This document shows, piece by piece, positions 40,290 through 49,279 of a stretch of DNA of 64,000 nt (its first letter is position 1; every line of letters begins with the position of its first letter). Made by a program: the position numbers and the translations under genes. The stretch lies in NCBI GenBank assembly GCA_047946875.1, contig CP181398.1, positions 143,154 to 207,153 of the forward strand. The letters run 5' to 3'. Under the pieces are notes generated by a model, which was not told where the DNA came from, made no database searches, and was given only the letters and a program-made list of their open reading frames with translations. The stretch comes from Candidatus Kerfeldbacteria bacterium (GTDB taxonomy: Bacteria > Patescibacteriota > Patescibacteriia > UBA10025 > JAHIVO01).

Positions 40290-40790
40290 ATGAGACTACC
40301 AATAAGAAAACAAGGAAAATATTCTGATAAAAAATCAGATTTATATATAACGGAAGAAAAAGCGCAAAAGTATAAAGAGGAGCTAGATAAGCTCAAAAAA
40401 TTTTTTCAGCCACATACGATTATAGAAGTTAAGAGGCTTGCGGAGATGGGAGATTTTTCTGAGAACGCTGCCTATCAAATGGCTAAGGGGAAATTGCGAG
40501 GTATTAATTCACGAATATTAAAATTAGAGACAGCTATTAATAAAGCTATAGTTATTAAAGTAAGTAGCCAAACTAATATAATTAACATTGGTCATAGGGT
40601 TGTTGTAGAGATGGATGGAGTTAAAAAAGAATTTAAAATACTTGGTTCAGCAGAATCAGATCCAAGTAAAGGAATTATTTCGCACACTTCTCCTCTTGGT
40701 ACAGTTTTGATTGGGAAAAAAGTAAATGATATATTCAATATAGAGATCGCTAATAAAGAAGTTAAGTGTAAAATATTAAAGATTAAATAA
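40290..40790 (+). CDS. GreA/GreB family transcription elongation factor
   Basis: GDFSENAAY..AK, G..ESDP..G.IS..SPLG..L.GK; alternative start 40269. Confidence 0.92.
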   Translation: MRLPIRKQGKYSDKKSDLYITEEKAQKYKEELDKLKKFFQPHTIIEVKRLAEMGDFSENAAYQMAKGKLRGINSRILKLETAINKAIVIKVSSQTNIINIGHRVVVEMDGVKKEFKILGSAESDPSKGIISHTSPLGTVLIGKKVNDIFNIEIANKEVKCKILKIK

Positions 40791-40888
40791 ACAAGCTTGT
40801 GAGTTTAGCCACAGGCTTATGTTGATTTTTGGTTGAAATATAGATAAGATAGGGGTATATTTATAAACTAATTAATTGATTCAAAGAT

Positions 40889-43609
40889 ATGAAGAAAAAA
40901 TCTGTATTAAGTATTATAATCATCCTATTGATACTAGGAATATTTGTTCCAATTTTAGTTGGTTTGTCAGCTGATTGGCTTTGGTTTTCAGCTCAGGGGT
41001 TTGCTACCATCTTCAGTACAATATTATTAACCAAGATCATCTTAGGGGTAATAATAGGTTTAGTTACTTTTGGTATTATTTATCTTAATTTTAATATTGC
41101 TCATCGCCGTACCAAAGATCAGCCTGTTATTCTCAGTAATCTACGTCCTGGTTTAGATATATCCAGAATTATATACAGATTATTATTGCCAATATCATTA
41201 GTGATAGGAATATTGACTGGTATAGTTGGATCTGGTTATTGGGAAGTAGTACAACAATTTATTCATAGTGTAAGTTTTGATGCTGTTGATCCTTTGTTTG
41301 GACGTGATATTTCATTTTATTTTTTCACTTTGCCAGCTATAAAGATGTTGATAGGATTTTTGTTTTGGATAACAATTGTCTCAATATTAGGAGCGTCTAT
41401 TCAATATTTGGTTAAAGGATTAATGACTATCAGAGGCAAGAGGATCGAAACAGCTCGCATAGCCAAAAATCATCTTTCTGTTTTGATGTCAATATTTTTC
41501 TTAATTATGGCTGGACATGTATATTTTAATAGCATGACTAATTTATTATATTCTAATACGGGTCCTTTTGTTGGTGCAAATTATTCTGATGTTTATGCTA
41601 CTTTACCTATACAATGGGGACTACTTGGAATTGCTTTGTTTATCGCAATTATTTTTCTTGTTACCCTCCTCAAGCCAATCAAGCGGTTAGTACCTTCTAT
41701 GATAATAATTTATATTTTGGTTTCTATTTTAGGTGGAGTATATGCATCAATAATTCAGAAGACAGTAGTATTACCTAATGAATTAGTAAAAGAGACTCCA
41801 TATATAGAAAGGAATATTTTTGCAACTAGAGCTTCATTTGGATTGGATCAGGTAGTTAAGCGTGAACTAGGTAATGAGGAAACAACATTGACCAGTGAAG
41901 ACATAAAAAATAATGAATTAACTATTAAAAATATTAGGTTGTGGGATAGGAAGCCTCTGTTAGATACTTTTGGTCAGATTCAAGAAATTCGAACTTATTA
42001 TGATTTTGTTTCTATTGATAATGATCGCTATACAATAGATGATGAATATCGTCAGATTATGGTTTCGCCTCGTGAGTTAAATACTGCTAGTTTACCATCT
42101 CGTACTTTTATTAATGAGCGATTGGTCTTCACACACGGTTATGGTTTAGCCTTAGGTCCAGTCAACGAGGTAACCAAAGAAGGTTTACCGTTATTATTTG
42201 TAAAAGATCTACCACCAGTCTCAAGTACTGAATCTATTAGTGTGGATAAGCCAGAGATATATTTCGGGGAGCTTTCTTCGGATTATGTTTTTGTAAATAC
42301 AGGAGCCGATGAATTCAACTATCCATCTGGTGATGAAAACGTATTCACTAATTATGAAGGGGAAGGTGGAGTTGCTCTAGATTCCTTCTTAAAGAAAGCG
42401 CTATTCGCTGTGAATTTAAATTCATTCAAGATATTTCTATCCAATGATATTAATAATGATAGTCGTGTCTTGTTACATAGGAATATTACTGATCGAGTAG
42501 AAAAAGTAATGCCATTCCTAGAATACGATGGTGATCCTTATCTTGTTATTACTGATGATGGGGGATTGAAGTGGATTTATGATGCTTATACTATTAGCAA
42601 CGATTATCCTTATGCTAATTCCGTTACAGCGATTACTACCAATAGTGAAGTTACTTCAGCACTCTATACAACCAAGATTAATTATATTCGTAATTCAGTA
42701 AAAGTTGTGATTGATGCTTATAGTGGTGAGATGAAGTTCTATATAGCTAATGAGCAGGATCCAATTATTCAAACTTACGCAAATATTTTTCCTGATACTT
42801 TCGAATCTTTGGATACTATGTCTGATGATCTTAGATCGCATATTCGCTATCCAGAAGATATTTTCAAATATCAGACAGAGATTTATTCTACTTATCATAT
42901 GGAACAACCTCAGATTTTTTATAACAAGGAAGATAAATGGGAAGTGCCACGTATTAGTGAGGATCGAGCCGATCCAATGATGCGTCATATGATTATGAAG
43001 TTGCCGGCTGAGGAACAAGAAGAGTTTATCTTGATGCTACCTTATACTCCTCGTAGCAAAGACAATTTGGCAGCTTGGATGGTAGCTAGGTCTGATGGAA
43101 ATAACTATGGCGAGTTGGTTGCTTATAGCTTCCCCAAGCAGAAATTGATTTTTGGTCCGAAACAGATAGTTAATAGGATTAATCAAGATGCTGATATTTC
43201 TAGGCAGATATCTCTTTGGGATCAACGTGGGTCAGAAGTTAACCACGGTAATCTATTGGTTATTCCTATCGAAGAATCATTGATTTATGTACAGCCATTA
43301 TACTTGAGAGCAGAAGGTGGTAAGATCCCAGAATTGAAACGAGTAATAGTAGCTTATGAAAATCAGATAGCTATGGCTGAGACTCTTGGTGGAGCGCTGG
43401 ATATTATTTTTAGTGGCGTCGTCGCAGCACCGACTACTGATGATACTATTGATACTTCAGTGGATACGGAAGTAGTTACATCAGCTGATCTTATTATCCA
43501 AGCCAATACTCATTACCAAGCAGCTATAAATGCGCAACAGCGTGGTGACTGGGCGACTTATGGTCGTGAGATAGAAGCTTTGGGAAATGTGTTGGATAAA
43601 TTGAAATAA
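40889..43609 (+). CDS. UPF0182 family membrane protein
   Basis: DWLWF, DPLFG.DI.FYFF.LP, NIRLWD, YTHG-like FTHGYG, NYIRNSVK. Confidence 0.93.
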   Translation: MKKKSVLSIIIILLILGIFVPILVGLSADWLWFSAQGFATIFSTILLTKIILGVIIGLVTFGIIYLNFNIAHRRTKDQPVILSNLRPGLDISRIIYRLLLPISLVIGILTGIVGSGYWEVVQQFIHSVSFDAVDPLFGRDISFYFFTLPAIKMLIGFLFWITIVSILGASIQYLVKGLMTIRGKRIETARIAKNHLSVLMSIFFLIMAGHVYFNSMTNLLYSNTGPFVGANYSDVYATLPIQWGLLGIALFIAIIFLVTLLKPIKRLVPSMIIIYILVSILGGVYASIIQKTVVLPNELVKETPYIERNIFATRASFGLDQVVKRELGNEETTLTSEDIKNNELTIKNIRLWDRKPLLDTFGQIQEIRTYYDFVSIDNDRYTIDDEYRQIMVSPRELNTASLPSRTFINERLVFTHGYGLALGPVNEVTKEGLPLLFVKDLPPVSSTESISVDKPEIYFGELSSDYVFVNTGADEFNYPSGDENVFTNYEGEGGVALDSFLKKALFAVNLNSFKIFLSNDINNDSRVLLHRNITDRVEKVMPFLEYDGDPYLVITDDGGLKWIYDAYTISNDYPYANSVTAITTNSEVTSALYTTKINYIRNSVKVVIDAYSGEMKFYIANEQDPIIQTYANIFPDTFESLDTMSDDLRSHIRYPEDIFKYQTEIYSTYHMEQPQIFYNKEDKWEVPRISEDRADPMMRHMIMKLPAEEQEEFILMLPYTPRSKDNLAAWMVARSDGNNYGELVAYSFPKQKLIFGPKQIVNRINQDADISRQISLWDQRGSEVNHGNLLVIPIEESLIYVQPLYLRAEGGKIPELKRVIVAYENQIAMAETLGGALDIIFSGVVAAPTTDDTIDTSVDTEVVTSADLIIQANTHYQAAINAQQRGDWATYGREIEALGNVLDKLK

Positions 43610-43665
43610 TAGAATAGTTTTAGATAAAAAAGCTTGTGAGTTTAGTCACAAGCTTAGGTCGATAT

Positions 43666-44037
43666 TTATATAGCACGAATGGTCGAACTGGCTAGGGGAG
43701 TGATAATACGGTTATTGTAAACCGTAAATTTTTCCCCAATTCTTCGGTGTTTCAAATCATCAGTGATTCGTAGTGCGACTACATACATAAAATCTTTGTC
43801 ACCAGGTTGGTGATGAATGACATTTGTATATCCACCGGAAAGTTGTTGGTGGACAGTATAGTGTCCATCCATCAGATCAGCTATGATAGTCGACTGGACG
43901 AAAAGGGGATACCCTTCATGCGTCAGTGATGTAGCGCCGTCTGCACCAGGGACAACTGAGTTGGAAAGTATGAAAATACCGCCAAAGACGTAGATAAAAC
44001 ATAATGCGATTAGGCATTTGTCGAATTTCGTGAACAT
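43666..44037 (-). CDS. Hypothetical protein with N-terminal TM
   Basis: GAGG SD before ATG 44037; own promoter. Confidence 0.65.
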   Translation of the reverse strand: MFTKFDKCLIALCFIYVFGGIFILSNSVVPGADGATSLTHEGYPLFVQSTIIADLMDGHYTVHQQLSGGYTNVIHHQPGDKDFMYVVALRITDDLKHRRIGEKFTVYNNRIITPLASSTIRAI

Positions 44038-44210
44038 TGCTATTGCCTCGCTTTCTTTTGTTTTTTGTTTGGAATGTGCAATATACAAATATACCCCATA
44101 CATGGGTATTGTCAATCCTGTTTTGAAGGGTAAAAACTAATTACCTCATTTGTTATAATCAATCCATATGAATGGAATTTTTAGGTAATTAGATATGGTA
44201 TACTTTAATC

Positions 44211-45242
44211 ATGAATCCACAAGAATATTTAGAAAATAGAATAAAAGACTGTACGAAATACAAACTTAGTGAAGCAGATGAGAAGTTTATAAAAGATAAT
44301 TCTTTGAGAGAGTTTCTTTTTAAACAGATGACACGAAAAAAATTTAGACGATACAAGCTTACAGATCTGACGAAAGAAAAGATTAATGAAGCGCTTGATT
44401 ATTGTATGTCTGACAACAAACCAATTATTTTTCGTTTATGGTTTGGTGGTTATAAATTATGGCGTTATCCGACTACCCCAGAAGTTGAATGGGCTGAATT
44501 TTTTGTGTTAGCACATTATTGTGAGTTTTTGGCTCCATTGATAGCTACTTATAAACCCGGAATAAAATTGTTATTTACTTCTGATGATGTTTTTGTAGAA
44601 AGATTGAATAATATTCCCAAGTCAGATACGGATGCTTATTATAATTCCTTTCAAAAATTATTAGATGAATTTAGAAAGTATTTCCCTAAAAATTTTGAGG
44701 CAGATATGATTAGACATAGCGCATTATATGATTCAGAAAAAGAATTTGAAGTAGATTTTACTGAACAGGTTACTATAGCTAAGAAAACTTGGAAGAGTAG
44801 TCGAACGCTTGAACAGATAGCTTCTAAATTTCAAATATCAAAGATGAATATCAAGTGGGATGGTGTGGAAGATCTAACTAAATTATCGGAAGAAGATAAG
44901 CAAAAAAAGATTGAACAAAGTATTATCTATCATGATGCGTTGGTCCAAATGCCGAAGATACGAGCTTGGGGTTTTACACCAGATAAAATAGCTATTTCTA
45001 ATAATCCTTTTCCTGGAGGAATTGCCATTGGTGCAACCAAAAATTCTATTGTACGTTTTTGGGTAGGGACTGGTGTTTTGGAAACAAAAGATGATACTTA
45101 TGCAGATCGTATTTTTTCTATCCAACAATATGAAGATAGTAAAGATATATCTTGTCAGGAAATAAAAGTTGATTTTATTCCATTGAAAAATTTTTCTAGT
45201 GTTAAACTATATAATCAAAAATTTGAATTTGCTAATAAATAA
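44211..45242 (+). CDS. Hypothetical enzyme, possibly distantly related to DIT1/PvcA isocyanide synthases
   Basis: KPI.F.L.FG.YK...P.V.WAE...L..I..Y.PG..L.F.SDD pattern. Confidence 0.55.
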   Translation: MNPQEYLENRIKDCTKYKLSEADEKFIKDNSLREFLFKQMTRKKFRRYKLTDLTKEKINEALDYCMSDNKPIIFRLWFGGYKLWRYPTTPEVEWAEFFVLAHYCEFLAPLIATYKPGIKLLFTSDDVFVERLNNIPKSDTDAYYNSFQKLLDEFRKYFPKNFEADMIRHSALYDSEKEFEVDFTEQVTIAKKTWKSSRTLEQIASKFQISKMNIKWDGVEDLTKLSEEDKQKKIEQSIIYHDALVQMPKIRAWGFTPDKIAISNNPFPGGIAIGATKNSIVRFWVGTGVLETKDDTYADRIFSIQQYEDSKDISCQEIKVDFIPLKNFSSVKLYNQKFEFANK

Positions 45243-45256
45243 TTACATTTAGAATT

Positions 45257-45331
45257 ATGAATGGAATTTTTGGTATCAACAAATAGGTGGGGCCTACTTC
45301 GCATGATATTATAGATCAGTTGCGTTGAAAG
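45257..45331 (+). pseudogene. Duplicated, inactivated 5' end of truB
   Basis: 72/75 identical to 46477..46551; two changes create stop codons. Confidence 0.9.
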
Positions 45332-45360
45332 GAATGGGTGATTTTTCTAACTAGGGGATG

Positions 45361-45413
45361 GTTGACAATTGGTTGACAATAGTATATACTGTAGTTGACA
45401 ATTGGTTTACAAT
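45361..45413 (+). promoter_or_regulatory. Sigma70 promoter overlapped by four GTTGACAAT direct repeats
   Basis: TTGACA-17-TATACT; repeats start at 45361, 45372, 45394, 45405. Confidence 0.75.
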
Positions 45414-45419
45414 GAAAAT

Positions 45420-46475
45420 ATGATAACTAAGGAAAAAATATTAAAAATTGCTAAAGAAAAGGGAAAAGTTGTTTCATCTGATTTATCAGTGCAGTTTTCT
45501 GTTTCGCGCCAGTATTTAAATCGTTTAATAAAAGATCTTGTTGATACTAATAAACTCATAAAATTAGGCGTAACGCGAAAAGCTTTTTATGTACTTCCAG
45601 AATATGTAGAGGCACATCAAGAAATGTTGCCAGTTCGGTATGTAAAGTTATTTAAGAATAAAGGACTTGAAGAGCATAAGGTGCTTAATCAAATTGAACA
45701 AATGTTTCCGATATTAAAACAACTTCCAGAGAATATACAAAGTATTTTTACATATGCTTTTTCGGAAATGCTTAATAATGCAATTGAGCATTCTAGGTCT
45801 ATTGCAATTGGCGTGGAGGTATCGGTGCTTAAAAATGAACTTTCATTTATTATCCAAGATTCAGGTATTGGGATTTGGCGTAATGTTATGAAGCAACGTG
45901 GCCTTAAATCGGAGATGGAAGCAATTCAGGATATTCTTAAAGGTAAAACAACTACTATGCCAAAATCACATTCCGGTGAAGGAATATTTTTTACTTCTAA
46001 AGTGGGAGATATATTTACTCTCGATAGTTTTGGATACCAGCTTATTATTAATAATGAGACACCTGATATATTTGTAAAAAAAGTTAAGAAAATAAAGAGA
46101 GGAACTCATGTATCATTTAAGATGTCTACAAAGTCAACCAGACATTTGAATGAAGTTTTTAAGAAATATACTAACCTGTCTGATAAAAGTGATTATGGAT
46201 TTGATAAAACAGAAGTAATAATAAAGCTTTATGCTATTGGTGGTGTGCATATTTCTCGTTCACAAGCGCGCAGAGTATTAACAGGTTTGGAGAAATTTAA
46301 AGTTATTGTTTTTGACTTTGATAAAGTGTCTACAGTAGGTCAGGCATTTACTGATGAAGTTTTTCGGGTATTTCACCATAAGTATCCAAAAATTAAACTT
46401 GAGGTTGAAAATATGTCTGAGGGAGTTAAGTTTATGGTTGAACGAGCACAAAATGAAGCAAAGTCATTAAGATAA
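45420..46475 (+). CDS. wHTH + HATPase + STAS-like (DUF4325) protein
   Basis: N-terminal HTH; EMLNNAIEHS, DSGIGI, HSGEGIFF; SRSQARR, F.DE.FRVF. Confidence 0.85.
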   Translation: MITKEKILKIAKEKGKVVSSDLSVQFSVSRQYLNRLIKDLVDTNKLIKLGVTRKAFYVLPEYVEAHQEMLPVRYVKLFKNKGLEEHKVLNQIEQMFPILKQLPENIQSIFTYAFSEMLNNAIEHSRSIAIGVEVSVLKNELSFIIQDSGIGIWRNVMKQRGLKSEMEAIQDILKGKTTTMPKSHSGEGIFFTSKVGDIFTLDSFGYQLIINNETPDIFVKKVKKIKRGTHVSFKMSTKSTRHLNEVFKKYTNLSDKSDYGFDKTEVIIKLYAIGGVHISRSQARRVLTGLEKFKVIVFDFDKVSTVGQAFTDEVFRVFHHKYPKIKLEVENMSEGVKFMVERAQNEAKSLR

Positions 46476-46476
46476 T

Positions 46477-47118
46477 ATGAATGGAATTTTTGGTATCAAC
46501 AAAAAGGTGGGGCCTACTTCGCATGATATTATAGATCAATTGCGTCGAAAGACAGGCATTAAAAAGATTGGACATGCTGGAACATTGGATCCTTTGGCTA
46601 GTGGTGTTTTGGTCGTGGCGATTGGAAAAGAATTTACTAGGCAGATTGATACTATCGTTAAGACTGAGAAAGAATATATAGCTAAGGTAAAATTTGGTTT
46701 TAATAGTACGACGGATGATGAAGAGGGCGAGAAAGAAGAGATAAAAATAAGCAATGAACCGACTAAAGAAGATATAGAGAAAGTATTACCAAAATTTATT
46801 GGTGAGATTAAACAAATGCCACCGGTATATAGCTCGGTGAAAGTTAGTGGTAAACCTGCTCATCGTCGAGTCAGAAAAGGAGAGGATGTGAAGTTGGGAA
46901 CTCGGGATGTATTTATTAAAAATATTGAGATACTAGATTATCAATGGCCGTATTTAGAAATCAAGATTGTGACTGGACCGGGAGTTTATATTCGTTCTCT
47001 GGCTAGAGATATTGGGAGTGAATTAAAAGTTGGTGGATATTTGAGCGGTTTGATTAGAACAAGAGTTGGGGATTATAATATAGATGATGCGGTGACGGTA
47101 GAGAAGTTTAATGGTTAA
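46477..47118 (+). CDS. truB: tRNA pseudouridine(55) synthase TruB
   Basis: KIGHAGTLDPLASGVL, QMPPVYS, G.YIRSLARD. Confidence 0.97.
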   Translation: MNGIFGINKKVGPTSHDIIDQLRRKTGIKKIGHAGTLDPLASGVLVVAIGKEFTRQIDTIVKTEKEYIAKVKFGFNSTTDDEEGEKEEIKISNEPTKEDIEKVLPKFIGEIKQMPPVYSSVKVSGKPAHRRVRKGEDVKLGTRDVFIKNIEILDYQWPYLEIKIVTGPGVYIRSLARDIGSELKVGGYLSGLIRTRVGDYNIDDAVTVEKFNG

Positions 47119-47121
47119 TTA

Positions 47122-47183
47122 CTTGTCATGCTGAACTTGTTTCAGTATCTTTATAGACCCTGAAATAAATTCAGGGTGACAAG
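47122..47183. repeat. TGTCA...TGACA double-hairpin element
   Basis: CTTGTCATGCTGAACTTGTTTCAGTATCT-TTAT-AGACCCTGAAATAAATTCAGGGTGACAAG. Confidence 0.88.
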
Positions 47184-47319
47184 AGAGAGTATATTTGATT
47201 CTTGGATTCCAGCCTTTAGGCTGTTACATATAAAACCCTAAAGCCTGCCTGCCGGCAGGGGTTAATTCTTTGTTATTATAATAGATGACAGAGGGGGGTG
47301 AATAATATATAATGTAGCT

Positions 47320-48204
47320 ATGTTTTATAGTTATTACTTTATCGTAAATCCAGTGGCTGGTATGGGAAAAAAGTTATCTTTTGTAAGTGAGATAACTTCT
47401 TTTTGTCAAAGGAATTATTTGAACTATAAATTGGTAATGACTCATCGACCAAAAGAAGCTATAGAACTAGCTAGAGAGGCGAGTAAAAAATATGAAGTTA
47501 TTGTAGCGGTTGGAGGAGATGGTACAGTCAATGAAGTGGTTAACGGTATAGCTGATACAGATGCAAAATTGGGGATTATACCTATTGGGTCTGGTAATGA
47601 CTTTGCTAAACAAATGGGTTTGACATATAACTTGAGTAAAGATTTAAGAATATTGATGGATGGTAAACTTAAAACAGTAGATCTAGGCAAAGTGAATGAT
47701 AGACATTACTTTATCAATGGTGTTGGTGTTGGGTTTGATGGAGAAGTAGCTTATCATGTTAGAGATTTTCTGAAATATGCAAAAGGTTTCTCTGGTTATT
47801 TACTTTCAGTATTTAGGACATTAGCTACATATAAATTTCATAAGGTTAAATTTTTTATTGATGGAGAGAAGGTAAAAGAAGAAAAAATATTATTGATAGC
47901 TACATGTAATGGGACTACCTATGGCGGAGGATTCAAAGTAGCTCCTTCAGCCAAAGTTGACGATGGTTTGTTTACCGTATGTTTTGTTAGTAAGATGGGT
48001 AAATTTTATGCGATGAGAAACATTCCGAAGATATTACAGGGGACTCATGTGTCATTACCAGAGGTTAGCATGTATACAGGTAAAAGTGTTAAAATTAAGT
48101 CAGAGAAGGAATTATTCTCACAACTTGATGGAGAGATACTACCGCCGATGAAAGAATTTAGTATGGAGATGGTTCCATCTAAAATTAAAGTAATAAGAAA
48201 ATAA
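47320..48204 (+). CDS. YegS/DAGK family lipid kinase
   Basis: NPVAG, GGDGTVNEV, P.GSGNDFA, YGGG, DGE. Confidence 0.93.
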   Translation: MFYSYYFIVNPVAGMGKKLSFVSEITSFCQRNYLNYKLVMTHRPKEAIELAREASKKYEVIVAVGGDGTVNEVVNGIADTDAKLGIIPIGSGNDFAKQMGLTYNLSKDLRILMDGKLKTVDLGKVNDRHYFINGVGVGFDGEVAYHVRDFLKYAKGFSGYLLSVFRTLATYKFHKVKFFIDGEKVKEEKILLIATCNGTTYGGGFKVAPSAKVDDGLFTVCFVSKMGKFYAMRNIPKILQGTHVSLPEVSMYTGKSVKIKSEKELFSQLDGEILPPMKEFSMEMVPSKIKVIRK

Positions 48205-49199
48205 TGACTAAATTTAATATTGAAAATTTTTTTAAAAAGTCCGGCAAAGCCGGATCCGGCTCCGCTGGAAAAAAAACCTGGGGGCAATTAGTTCGCTTTA
48301 TCACTAAGCTCCAGAATATCATGAAAGCGGAAAATAAAGATAGTAAAGGTAAGCTACAAAATAAAATCAATGAAATTAAGTCTGACGAGCCATTTTTCGA
48401 ATATCCTATTGTATATATACCACCAGTTGGAGAGTTGATTTTGGTTGGTGATACGCATGGCGATTCGGAATCTATTAGAGCTATATTGAAACAAGAGAAT
48501 TTTATAGCCAAAGCAGAGGCAGGTAAAAAAGTTTATTTAGTTGTAACTGGTGATTATGCTGATCGCGGAAAAGAGGATGTACAGAATATTGAATTGCTTT
48601 TTATGTTAAAAGAAAAATATCCAAAGTTAGTTTATTTGTTACGCGGAAATCATGAAGAGGCCTCAATGGGTCAGCACTATGGATTGTTTGGGTCTTGTAT
48701 AGAAAAATTCGGTTATGAGAAAGGGCAATTAGTCTTCCAAAGGCTAAATGATTTATTTGAAAAATTACCTGTTGTGGCGGTGACTGGGAATGGGGTGGTA
48801 GCTGTTCATGGTGGCGTACCTATCAGTACTATTAACTCGTTAAAAGAATTAAATGACGAAGATAATCTTACAGATATAAGATGGAATGATCCCACAGAAG
48901 AGATTGATCATTTTGTCTATAACTATAGACGAGGAAGTAATTATCTATATGGTAAAAAAACATTTGATAGTTTTATGAAGGGAATAGGAGCTAACGTTTT
49001 ATTTCGATCACATGAATATGTTGCAAATGGTCATAAAAAATTATTCAATAATAAACTGGTTTCTATTTTTTCTAATGGAGGCGATAGTAAAGAAAGTGGA
49101 TTTGCGGATTTTATATTGCACCCAAAGTATGTAAAAGTAGATCTGAGTAAGCCAATCAAAAAATGGTCAGACAATAATATTATAGAAATTAAGTATTAG
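48204..49199 (+). CDS. PPP-family Ser/Thr protein phosphatase-like metallophosphoesterase
   Basis: GDTHG, GDYADRG, RGNHE, HGG, WNDP, RSHE, IFS. Confidence 0.9.
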   Translation: MTKFNIENFFKKSGKAGSGSAGKKTWGQLVRFITKLQNIMKAENKDSKGKLQNKINEIKSDEPFFEYPIVYIPPVGELILVGDTHGDSESIRAILKQENFIAKAEAGKKVYLVVTGDYADRGKEDVQNIELLFMLKEKYPKLVYLLRGNHEEASMGQHYGLFGSCIEKFGYEKGQLVFQRLNDLFEKLPVVAVTGNGVVAVHGGVPISTINSLKELNDEDNLTDIRWNDPTEEIDHFVYNYRRGSNYLYGKKTFDSFMKGIGANVLFRSHEYVANGHKKLFNNKLVSIFSNGGDSKESGFADFILHPKYVKVDLSKPIKKWSDNNIIEIKY

Positions 49200-49279
49200 T
49201 AAATTGAACGTTTTATAAAGGGGTTGGCTAGATTCTGTTGTTGTGCTATAATTTCGACTATTAAAAAGTAACCTTAAAA

